In this document: one piece after another, positions 1-10,844 of the stretch | How the letters are laid out: each line of letters begins with the position of its first letter | How positions within the stretch are numbered: position 1 is the first letter of the stretch | NCBI GenBank assembly: GCA_965203295.1 | Contig: CBDBCZ010000017.1 | Location: 1,152,001-1,216,000, forward strand | Length of the DNA: 64,000 nucleotides | Source of the DNA: Nitrospirales bacterium | GTDB lineage: Bacteria; Nitrospirota; Nitrospiria; Nitrospirales; UBA8639 | Direction of reading: 5' to 3' | Translations under genes and position numbers: made by a program | Notes under the pieces: model-generated | What the model saw: only the letters and a program-made list of their open reading frames with translations | Database searches by the model: none | What the model was told of the DNA's origin: nothing

Positions 1-949
1 TTGATCATCATGGCTGGCATGGCCATGATCAAACCTGAAGTCCAAATCCTAACATGTGCTTAATTTCTTAACCAAATACAGATTCTATTATTAATTTAAA
101 CCTTAATAAATTAATAATTGTTTATTACGGTGAATAAATTATGTTATCAGGGTGAAACCATGCATGCAGCATATAATAGGTGCATGATGACGAATTCTCA
201 AGTGTGGTCCATTTCAACATGGACCCTGCATTATAGAGTTGTATACATATTGCCTAATTAAAAGTGAATGCATGCAGGCATTCTCACCCCCACCCACATG
301 CAGTCAAGGCTGGTAGGGCAGGGAACAAGACTATTATTATAGTGCTAAGTATAGCTATACCTGTATTAACTGATTGCTCATCCCATCCATGTACTAGCTA
401 GTGATCAATGCACAGTGCAGTTGTCTGTTTGCAAGCCTTTTAAATTAGCAGCATACTACTGTAACACCTGCATGGGCTACCCCGCAAGACTATATATATG
501 CAATCTCAACTTCTGGTTGGAGGAGAAGGGCCAGTGGCAGTGTGTAGGGTGTGTTGTGCCTATAACATAATTTTGTATAATTATAGCTAGGACTTACCAA
601 TCATATGCATTGCCATGCAATGCCAAGTACAAGTATCAGGGAATGGAAATTAAAAGATTATACCCCCATCCCAGACCACTGCATCCACCATTCACTGTAT
701 ACTGGGGTATGGAGGTTGCAATGTTTGTCCAGTGCAGTGGGAACCCGACAGTACTGTAACTGTGCATATTGTTAGCCTTTGATTCTGTTAGCCTTATCGG
801 AAACTTCCTAATTTATTTGTAAATAGTATTACCACTAATTGGGAAGCTTGTATGAGTTTAAAGTTATTGTAGTACTTCTGAGGAAGATCAATTAGGAATA
901 CCCATCTGGTCAGCCAGTCAGATGCTCATTATGATAATCTTTTGTATAA

Positions 950-1390
950 GCTTTCCACTTGCAAGATTCTAAAGCAGCTCACTGCCTCAGAAGTTTTAGG
1001 AAGTCTTTGAAAGATTCCTAACCAATCATTAGAAAGCTTTTAAAAGCTTCCCAATTGTTAGTAAACTTGCAAGTTTCTAGGGCATCTCACTGCCTCGGTT
1101 TCCTAACCAATAATTAGGAAGCTTTTCCAATTGTTAGTAAACAAGATTCTAAAGGCATCTCACTGCCTCCCAAAAATTAGACAGTTTAAATGCATACTTC
1201 CTAACCTTTTATTGGAAAGCTTTTCCAATTATTGTTAAACTTGTACTAAGATTCAAAGGCATCTCACTGCCTCAGAAATATACAAACTTCCTAATTAAAA
1301 GAGGAAACTTTTTAAGCTTCACAGTTATTGGTGAGTTTATATATTAAATGAGTCTGAGACATCTCACATGTAAAGTAGACTGCCTCAGAA
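950..1390 (+). repeat. Degenerate ~60-80 bp minisatellite (aagattct..ggcatctcactgcctcag..ttcctaacc..aagcttttcc)
   Basis: About 5 imperfect copies; paralogous array at ~6890-7300. Confidence 0.7.
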
Positions 1391-1863
1391 GTATAATCAT
1401 GGAGTTCGGTAGTATTCCAAAGGCCTTGCCCCCAAGGCCCAGGGGAGAGGGACACACAAACTTGGTATTATAACACTAGCTGAGATTGTTGGGTCCATAT
1501 CATGCGATAAAAATGGCCTCGCTGCACTCAGCAATAATTACACTAGGATGTCAGTCTTGCTGTCATGCACTGTCAGCTGTGCCATTTACATGTGTACTCC
1601 ATGCAGTTTATTCTAGAGTGATACCCATGACGTGTGTTGTAATAATATTAGGTACATATATCTGTGCAAGAACTGTTGAGTGCATGAAGCCTACAATGTT
1701 ACTGGTAACAGTACCTGTTATTTGCATACTTTTAAATTATAGGAGACACTAAAACCCAGGCGCCCTTGGTACACACATGTGCAGAGCCAATACTATATAT
1801 ATAGCAAATGGCAGACCACTTACTGTAGTACCCATCGTATGTCTGAATAATAATTATATTATT

Positions 1864-2460
<597 letters not shown>

Positions 2461-2612
2461 TGTAACGCCAAAATATTGATAACAGTTGAACAGAAACAGT
2501 ATTATTTAAACTGCATGAATTCTAACTTTCCTAACCTAAACATCAATTAATAAGTCCAGCCAACTGCAGCAGTCATATGTACAGCAGCGTACAGTACGTA
2601 GCTGCTCAAGTC

Positions 2613-3245
2613 TCAAACAACGCTTTTGTCGAGAACGACGACTTCATTGACGTGGGTCACCCAGAAGCACGAATCGGAGTCCGAGCAGCCCTCGTGGCTG
2701 AAGAACACAACCGGGAAGACGTTGCCGTCATCGGTCGATTTGACCATGCTGAACATCAGCTTGGCCCTGTGGGAGCTGTTCACCACGTCGTGGCAGAAAG
2801 CGGGGCTCGTGTTGAAGCTGTGGCAGACCAGCTTGATTGCGGCGGGGGAGATGGCTTTCGAAGTCAGTACCTCCACGAACTTTCCTTCCAGAACAGCGGG
2901 CTCGAGTTGGACCACGATGGAGTCTTCGTCCACCTTAGATTGCAGGTACGCGTGCATCTCGTACTTATCCGAGAAGATTTCGGCAGGCAGAATATAGTCC
3001 GCAAGCGCATCAGACTGACCGTAATAGTATTCGTGCCTGAGGCCGTCGGCTGTAGTACGCATTTTGCCTGCATGCGTAATCAAAGGTCCCCACGTAGTAC
3101 CCACGACCGGAATGCCAGCATCTGCCTTCGAGTTTTGATTCGGCGCCGGCGCGGCATATTCCTGAGCGTACTGTGGACGGCGCCACGGGGTCCCGGAAAC
3201 GGCGGCGAGGAGAACGGCGAGAGACAGTGCGAGCAGATAGGCCAT
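2613..3245 (-). CDS. Secreted 210-aa protein with BURP-domain-like C-terminus (copy 1), intronless
   Basis: ATG at 3245, signal peptide MAYLLALSLAVLLAAVSG, GC-rich ORF conserved in the duplicate. C-terminal KLVCH-x8-CH-x30-SH..CFWVTHVNEVVVL and SDKYEMHAYLQSKV resemble the plant BURP CH repeats and the SLESMxDFxxSKL segment. The gene is solid; the BURP label is a by-eye inference (about 0.5). Confidence 0.8.
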   Translation of the reverse strand: MAYLLALSLAVLLAAVSGTPWRRPQYAQEYAAPAPNQNSKADAGIPVVGTTWGPLITHAGKMRTTADGLRHEYYYGQSDALADYILPAEIFSDKYEMHAYLQSKVDEDSIVVQLEPAVLEGKFVEVLTSKAISPAAIKLVCHSFNTSPAFCHDVVNSSHRAKLMFSMVKSTDDGNVFPVVFFSHEGCSDSDSCFWVTHVNEVVVLDKSVV

Positions 3246-3591
3246 GATGAAACGGGCTGCAAGACAGTAATATGGGACGGTGATTACCAAACTTCTCGAG
3301 TTTAAGCACTTTCGGCTCGATTTCTGTCGCTTGTACCGGTTAGATCCGCTCTCTTATAGTCCCCGGGCAGCCCTGGCCATGCGAAAACCTCGCATGAAAC
3401 CCTAATTTCACAAGCCAGGCTTTTACCGGCCTCCGGAACCTTTAATTTGTGGGGGCTTCTGAGAGCGTGTATAAGTAGACAACCAACGCTGCTGCAGCAG
3501 CATTCGTATACAGCGGCATTCACAGCAGACCGGCGAACTACAGGCTATATCGACCGAAAGAACGTTCGAGACTTTCAGGAGCAGAGTAAAG
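3246..3591. promoter_or_regulatory. Putative bidirectional promoter (copy 1)
   Basis: 346 bp between divergent ATGs; TATA-like TATAAG on the - strand (~3353-3358) and on the + strand (~3470). Confidence 0.55.
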
Positions 3592-4169
3592 ATGAAGCTA
3601 TTGGCCATTTTAGTGATCATCGGCGTGGGAATCCTAGCCACTGCTGAGAGTGCTCCGGCTCGCGGTGATCGGAGGTTCGCATTCTCATCATTAAATCGTT
3701 ACGCACCTAGACTGATAATTATTACGCATATTATATTATGCGCAATCTATTTAATATATTGTACATTGCATGCGCGTGCGCCTATAGTTGACCAATGTTT
3801 TATTCCTCCATACAGCTATAATTTCCCGTATGCCGCGCAGATCGTCAATATTCTCTGCTACAGCGAGCTTGACTGTCGCGGTGCTGAAGTTGTTGTAGCT
3901 GACTCGATTTGCTGCGCTGATAGATTCGGGCTAAGCTACGAGTACGAATTTGATCCACAGTGCTACAATTGGTATGTAAACATATTTGAAATTCTCATAC
4001 ACTACATTATGAATGTGCGCATATTATGCTGTCAAGTAGTATGTGCATGCAATTCATATAATTGCGCAAGTGGTACTGCAAAAGCCATGCATTGTTCACT
4101 CCCAAACCGTTGTTCATTCCAATGTGCAGCTTGAGGAGCCGCCGTCCACCTGCTTTTGGCTATCAGTAA
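3592..4169 (+). CDS. Secreted 6-Cys peptide precursor (copy 1); exons 3592-3674, 3816-3971, 4130-4169
   Basis: GT-AG introns with consistent phase 2. Product: MKLLAILVIIGVGILATAES-APARGDRSYNFPYAAQ-IVNILCYSELDCRGAEVVVADSICCADRFGLSYEYEFDPQCYNC-LRSRRPPAFGYQ*. Same exon structure in copy 2. Confidence 0.85.
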
Positions 4170-4736
4170 TGGCTCCAAGATCGATTGACGTATTGACTCC
4201 GCCTCGAAGTGTAATGGATTCATTGGACACTAGACCAAAAAGAACGTTAAAATTTTCTTTTTGTAGGCCACTGTTGCAGAACATTAAGCAATGCAGCTGT
4301 TTTTTTTTGTATTGTATTGTTGAAATAATTATACAATCATGTATTAATACTTGTTTATAAAAGATTGTTTCATTACAATAACTTTTTTCAAGTGATCCAT
4401 ACATTAATAAATTAATAATGTGCTCATCCAGTACACTCCATTTGCATGCTTGTCCAGCAGCTGGCAAGTAAATAATACTTTGTCGTCCTGTAGCACTCGA
4501 CTATGGTCCTACACGCAGGTTTATACATTGTCAAAGAGAAGTTATTTAACCTAATACTAGCCCCCAACAAAATTAAATTAGCTGGCTATATAGATCAATT
4601 CGATTATTAATTTTAACAGACTCAAGATTCCTGGGAACGTTTGTATACAGAGATTAAAAATTGGCATGCATTTTTCAGAATGGTAACCCCCAATGCAGGT
4701 TTAGCTATAATACTCAGCACACCCTTACAGCTCACC

Positions 4737-5078
4737 TTGCCCATGGAGATGTCCGGGCCAATAGTTTAACTTCCCCTGGGTAACTGGAAGTGAGGATTAA
4801 TGCTTCAAAGACAGACCCCTTTCGGCGTGTAGTTACGGTGTATTTGGGGGTGTCGGGCGCAGTTTTTTGCCCAGTGGCAGTATTATTTTCTTACATGGTT
4901 AAGGGTCGCGGGAGAATAGATGGGCTCGGTAGTACCTTGCCCTCCGGGTATGCTCATATGGTGACCCAGCACTACATGCTGCCAAACGTTATGGTGAGTT
5001 GAGGTCAGGTAAGTGGTATGGGCAACGCGTTGCCGTACTAAGTAACGGGAGTCCATTAACTGCACTATGCATGGATAC
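4737..5078 (+). mobile_element. Ngaro/DIRS-type tyrosine-recombinase retroelement fragment
   Basis: Translates RINASKTDPFR..VYLGVSGAVFCPVA (the YR 'SKTD..CPV' motif), followed by terminal-repeat-like sequence; absent from unit 2. Confidence 0.6.
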
Positions 5079-5581
5079 AACTAGCAGCTCTATAGCTGTC
5101 AACTTTTATTTTTTCCTGTGATCAATGAGCAGGTCATGACCAGCCATAACCTTATACATGTATGAGAATGTTTTTTTTTGTTTAGCTTGAATGAATGTAG
5201 ATTGCAGTTGTGGCAAGACGATAAGTGAGAGGGAAAGCAGCATACTTATACATGCAATGTAGCGAGCTGGACAGCAGTAGAAATGAGGATATAATTATAA
5301 TGGCACTGTTACAGTAATTATCATGAGTTCAAAGTTACAGCTACCGTTTAGCACTCAGATACAAGCTCGGTTCTTTCTTGGCGACTATTGTTGGACTGAT
5401 TGGTGCATATATTTGTTCACAGGAAACCCTATTTCCTCTGTGTTAGAATTTTGATGGTATTGGTTGATACATCTGACACTGATTGGGAAGTACATATAGT
5501 GTACGTACACTTGTTAAATGTGGAATATTTAAAGTACATATAGTGTACGTACACTTGTTAAATGTGGAATATTTAATATAA

Positions 5582-5668
5582 TAGTTAAAGGTCAGTGTGG
5601 GTGAGGGGAATTTAAAGTCCGAGGCGAAGCCGAGGAGTTTAACCCCTCACCCAAACTGACCTTTAACT
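5582..5668. repeat. Short palindromic element with central gaggcgaagccgagg
   Basis: agttaaaggtcagtgtgggtgagggg pairs with cccctcacccaaactgacctttaact. Confidence 0.7.
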
Positions 5669-7753
5669 GATTTAATGTGCATTGGTATAGCGTGGGAAAA
5701 AGTGGTTGCCATGGTAATGTACGTTAATATTCTGTAACTACCACACTGTGTAGGCAGTTCAAAGATGCCGGGTACCGGTAGCATGAAATCTCTGCATACC
5801 CACAAGCTAGTGTGCATGAATGCATGTGTAGTACAAGCCACTTAGAAGCCAGAGTATAATTATACAGGAAACCCACTGAGACATCATTGACGAGTCTAAG
5901 TGCATGGGTTTCCTGCGTGCTTTTGCATTTGTGGGAGTTCAGGCAGCTCAATTAGGTTTTCTTTAATTTGACTTCTTTGAATGCTATATACCTGTCACCC
6001 AGCAGGCCAGCATCTTCGAACAACACCAACACACTATACTTCATGCAAAGGTATCCCCACAAAAACATACCCCGAACTGCCTATACTTGCTGAACAGATA
6101 TCCCTGCTGCATATATCTCCCAAGGCCCGGGAGAGAGGGACACACAAATTAAACAGTGAAAGTGTTATAAGCTAATCATGTGGGTAGGAACTTCATAGAT
6201 CCTGAAGTTCAAATCCTAATAATGCTTAAATTTCTTAACCAATTTGAAATACATATCTATTAACATTCAAGGCTGGCAGGGCTGGGAACAAGACTATTAT
6301 AGTGCTAAGTATAGCTATACCTGTATTAACTGATTGCTCATCCCATCCATGTACTAGCTAGTGATCAATGCGCAGTGCAGTTGTCTGTTGCAAGCCTTTT
6401 TTAAAATCAGCAGCATACCACTAACACCCTGCCAGGGCTGTCCCGCGAGACCATGCAATCTGGCCTGTCCTCAACTTCTGGTTTGGAGGAGTAGGGCCAG
6501 TGGCAGTGTGTAGGGTGTGTTGCGTTTATAATATAATTTGTATAGGACTTACCAATCATATGCATTGCTATGCAATGCCATGTACAAGTATCAGGGAATG
6601 AAAATTAAAAGATTATACCCCCCCCCCCCCAGACCACTGCATCCACCATTCACTGTTACAGGAGCATGCATGGAGGTTGTTTGTCCAGTGCAGTGGAAAT
6701 ACGACAATACTGTAACAGTGTATACTGTTAGCCTTTGATTTTGCGAGCCTTATGAAACTTCCTAATTTATTTGTAAATGGTACTACCACTACTTGTAATT
6801 TAATTTAAAAAGTAGTACTTCAGAGGAAGGTCTGGCTGGTACTCATCTGGTCATGCAGCCAGTCAGATGCTCATAATCTTTTGTAAGCTTTCCACTTGCA
6901 AGATTCTAAGGCAGCTCACTGCCTCAGAAGTTTTAGGAAGTCTTTGAAAGCTTCCTAACCAATCATTAGAAAGCTTTTAAAAGCTTCCCAATTGTTAGTA
7001 AACATGCAAGATTCTAGGGCATCTCACTGCCTCAGTTTCCTAACCAATAATTAGGAAGCTTTTCCAATTGTTAGTAAACAAGATTCTAAGGAATCTATTA
7101 AATGCTTCCTAACCATTTATATTAGAAAGCTTTTCTAATTATTGTTAAACTTGTACTGAGATTCAAAGGCAACTCACTGCCTCAGAAATTTAAAAACTTC
7201 CTAAACAGAAAACTTTTTAAGCTTCACAATTATTGGTGAGTTTATATAAATGATTCTGAGACATCTCACATGTAGCTAAAGCAGACTGCCTCAGAAGTAT
7301 AGTCATGGAGTTCGATAGTATTCCAAAGGCCTTGCCCCCAAGGCCCAGGGGAGAGGGACACACAAACTTGGTATTATAACACTAGCTGAGATTGTTGGGT
7401 CCATATCATGCGATAAAAATGGCCTCGCTGCACTCAGCAATAATTACACTAGGATGTCAGTCTTGCTGTCATGCACTGTCAGCCGTGCCATTTACATGTG
7501 TACCCCATGCAGTTTATTCTAGAGTGATACCCATGACGTGTGTTGTAGTACATATACCTGTGAAAGAACTGTCGAGTGAAGCCTAAAATGTAGCTACCAG
7601 TTATTTGCACATTAATTTTATGAGACACTAAAACCCAGGCGCCCTAGCTTGGTACACATATATGCAGAGCCCAATTTAAAATACACATGCAATACTATTA
7701 TTAATAAATATAGCAAATGGCAGACCACTTACTGTAGCACCCATCGTATGTCT

Positions 7754-9763
7754 AGTTCTGTCTGTCCGTGTGTGTGTGTGTGTAATGGATGTGACGTCCA
7801 CTAGTGTTATATTACCAACTTTGTGTGTCCCTCTCCCCCGGGCCTTGGAAGCCTTAGCAAGGCCTTTGGAATACTACCGAACTCCATGATTATACTTCTG
7901 AGGCAGTCTGCTTTACATGTGAGGCTTTTTCAGATCTTGCTGGTGGGCCCCTTCCAAGCTGGTCTTGGCTGAAGGCTTCTCTACCAGTGTCCTTTGGTGG
8001 CCTGGGTATCCGGCGTGCGTTGCTCCACGCCCCTGCTGCCTACATTGGATCCCTCAACCAGTCGGGGCAGCTAGTCGCCAGAATCATTGGTCGAGTCCCT
8101 AGTACCCCTGAACATCTGGCTCCCACACTCGATGCCCTGGCGGAAGCCACAGGAAGGGAGAATTGGCTCGCTATTGAAGATGTCGACATCACCCTCCGTC
8201 AATGCCACCTTTTGAAAGCCATAGACCAGGCGGTTTTTGCTGATCTCTGTTCTGCCGCTCCTGACACCCGCTCCAAAGCTCTGGCCCTCTCTACTGCCAT
8301 TCCCCATGCTGGGGACTGGCTTAATGTTGTGCCCTCACACGCTCTGGGTCTCCACCTGCAATATTGGGAATTCAGGCTCTTCTTCCAGTATTGGCTAGGT
8401 CTGCAGATGGTTGAAGAGGAACTCGATGTCCAGTCTGCCAGGCTGCTATGGACCCCTACCGTGACTATCAAGTTGGATGCAGACGGAATGGTGACCGAAT
8501 TCACCGTCACGACTCTCTTAGGGATGCTCGGTTTTCTGCTGCCCAGTCTGCAGCTCTAGCTCCTAGGAGGGAAGTGCCGTCTCTCATCTCTGCCAGGGTC
8601 CAGCAGTTGGCCAGCCGACGTATACTTTCCTCACTGGATGCGAGGCCAGCCTGCCGCCCTTGACGTCTCTGTTACATGAATTAAGCTTCCATCAATCAGG
8701 GCCATGCCCTGTCTGTCGGGGAAGAGAGGAAGTTGGCTGCTCAGTCAGCCCCCTGCCGCTCTGTTATTCCAGGAGTGAACTTCATCCCCATGATTGTTGA
8801 GACACTTGGTGGCTGGAGCCCTAGAGCAGTGGAGGTGATCAAGGGCTAGAGACTTGGTAACCCTCCTGCGGACTCTACCACCCACCTGTTCCAGCGTCTC
8901 GCCATCTACCTCTGGAGAGGGAACGCCTCCCCCTGGGTGCGAAGGATCCCCATCCGACCATCTGAGGGCGATGGGGTCATCTAACTCTTTTTTTTTTTTA
9001 GTTTGTTTGGTTGTTTTTTTTTTCTTTCTACTTTTAATTATTTCTGCTCTCACCAGCCTTTGTTGCCTTGCTTGCCGTGCTTTGTATTGTCGTGTCAACT
9101 ATGAATGTGAAACTACAAACAAAAAAAATTAACGTTGATTGGGCGAGATCGCGCGTGAAGACTGTGATGCCATCATGATTTAATATGATGCGAGTGCAGT
9201 ACTTTGACCGCTGCATGCGTTGTTATTCATGATGGCCTCAAATGAGCACTTCGAGCGCGCATTCTATCGCGGAAAGGTTAGTGGCTGTATAGTCCTGTAG
9301 GCTGTAAGTGCACAGACAAACTACGACGGTGTGCATTAAATAGAATCACTGCCGTACGTGTAGCTACATGTACATGTAGGCTGTGGCTAGGCGTCGGTCC
9401 TGTTTTGTTTTGCAGTTGTTTGCAGTCTCTCCTTCTGCATTTGCTTGCAGTTTTCTTGAGTTACTGCCTCATGGTTCAGGCAAGTATCTGTCAGCTATAC
9501 TATACTGTCACTGGCATACAAAGTTGGCTACTAATTTACGTGGTGTGCACACATACTAAGCTTATACACTTTCTCCCCACCGTGTGATTTTCAGCGCAAA
9601 GTTGAGTCCTGAGCGTGGAGCTGCCTCCATGTGGTTAAGTCAGCAGCACTATAGTAACTGCATGCAAAATGCTCCATACTAATAGTGAAACACTATTCAT
9701 TTCTGGCCGTAGAGAGCGAGCGAAGTTTAACAAGCCCAAGTAGTTGTGAGCACAACTACTTGT
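7754..9763 (-). mobile_element. Helentron/HINE-like element (same family as 1864-2460), inverted and interrupted by a LINE
   Basis: 7755 gttctgtctgtccg(tg)n is the reverse complement of the unit-1 element end; 9200-9300 is reverse-complementary to 2080-2180; hairpin caagtagttgtgagcacaactacttg at ~9737-9762. Confidence 0.55.
7924..9045 (+). mobile_element. 5'-truncated CRE-like non-LTR retrotransposon (RLE endonuclease type), frameshifted
   Basis: GGLGIR, PHAGDWLNVVP..LGL, zinc-knuckle remnant, RHDSLRD, RPADV and AALDV motifs; T-rich 3' end. Confidence 0.8.
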
Positions 9764-9927
9764 AGCTACTTGTATTAGCAGCTAATAATAATTATAAAAG
9801 TTCAACAGAAACAGTATTATTTAAATAAACTTCCACTGCATGAAATTAAGTTAAACCTAAACACCAATTAATAAGTCCAGCCAGCTGCAGTCATGTACAG
9901 CCGCGTACGTACGTAGCTGCTCAAGTC

Positions 9928-10560
9928 TCAAACAACGCTTTTGTCGAGAACGACGACTTCATTGACGTGGGTCACCCAGAAGCACGAATCGGAGTCCGAG
10001 CAGCCCTCGTGGCTGAAGAACACAACCGGGAAGACGTTGCCGTCATCGGTCGATTTAACCATGCTGTACATCAGCTTGGCCCTGTGGGAGCTGTTCACCA
10101 CGTCGTGGCAGAAAGCGGGACTCGTGTTGAAGCTGTGGCAGACCAGCTTGATTGCGGCGGGGGAGATGGCTTTCGAAGTCAGTACCTCCACGAACTTTCC
10201 TTCCAGAACGGCGGGCTCGAGTTGGACCACGATGGAGTCTTCGTCCACCTTAGATTGCAGGTACGCGTGCATCTCGTACTTATCCGAGAAGATTTCGGCA
10301 GGCAGAATATAATCTGCAAGCGCATCAGACTGACCGTAGTAGTATTCGTGCCTGAGGCCGTCGGCTGTAGTACGCATTTTGCCTGCATGCGTAATCAAAG
10401 GTCCCCACGTAGTACCCACGACCGGAATGCCAGCATCTGCCTTCGAGTTTTGTTTCGACGTCGGCGCGGCATATTCCTGAGCGTACTGTGGACGGCGCCA
10501 CGGTGTCCCGGAAACGGCGGCGAGGAGAACGGCGAGAGACAGTGCGAGCAGATAGACCAT
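9928..10560 (-). CDS. Secreted 210-aa BURP-like protein (copy 2), intronless
   Basis: ATG at 10560 (MVYLLALSLAVLL); only 5 aa differ from copy 1 (A>V, APN>TSK, F>Y). Confidence 0.8.
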   Translation of the reverse strand: MVYLLALSLAVLLAAVSGTPWRRPQYAQEYAAPTSKQNSKADAGIPVVGTTWGPLITHAGKMRTTADGLRHEYYYGQSDALADYILPAEIFSDKYEMHAYLQSKVDEDSIVVQLEPAVLEGKFVEVLTSKAISPAAIKLVCHSFNTSPAFCHDVVNSSHRAKLMYSMVKSTDDGNVFPVVFFSHEGCSDSDSCFWVTHVNEVVVLDKSVV

Positions 10561-10844
10561 GATTAAACGGGCTGCAGGACGGTTGCTGGTCTGTGCGTTG
10601 AAGAAACTTCTCGAGTTAAGCACCTGCGGCTCGATTTCTGTCGTGTGTACCGATTAGATCCGCTTTTATAGTTCTTTGGCAGCCCTAGCCCTCGCATGAA
10701 ACCCTCGACCTGGCCCGGAACCCTATATTTGGGGGGCTTCTGAGAGCGTGTACATATAAGTAGACTATACCAACGCTGCTGCAGCAGCATTCGCACAGCG
10801 GCATTCACAGCAGACGAACTACTACTTTCAGGAGCAGAGTAAAG
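10561..10844. promoter_or_regulatory. Putative bidirectional promoter (copy 2)
   Basis: 284 bp between divergent ATGs; TATAAAA on the - strand (~10664-10670) and TATAAG on the + strand (~10755). Confidence 0.55.

Noticed and set aside
2577..3305. 242-aa plus-strand ORF (and 9967-10566, 2626-2997, 9941-10312)
   Set aside because: Antisense shadows of the GC-rich BURP-like gene; no signal or domain features.
3592..4134. 180-aa single-exon ORF
   Set aside because: Reads through two introns by chance; the paralogue is not open across intron 1, while the splice sites are conserved.
2613..4169. Bacterial contaminant or symbiont operon
   Set aside because: The partner gene has spliceosomal introns and the cassette is embedded among host-type repeats and intron-rich genes.
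5490..5575. 42-bp exact tandem duplication
   Set aside because: Simple local duplication with no further structure.
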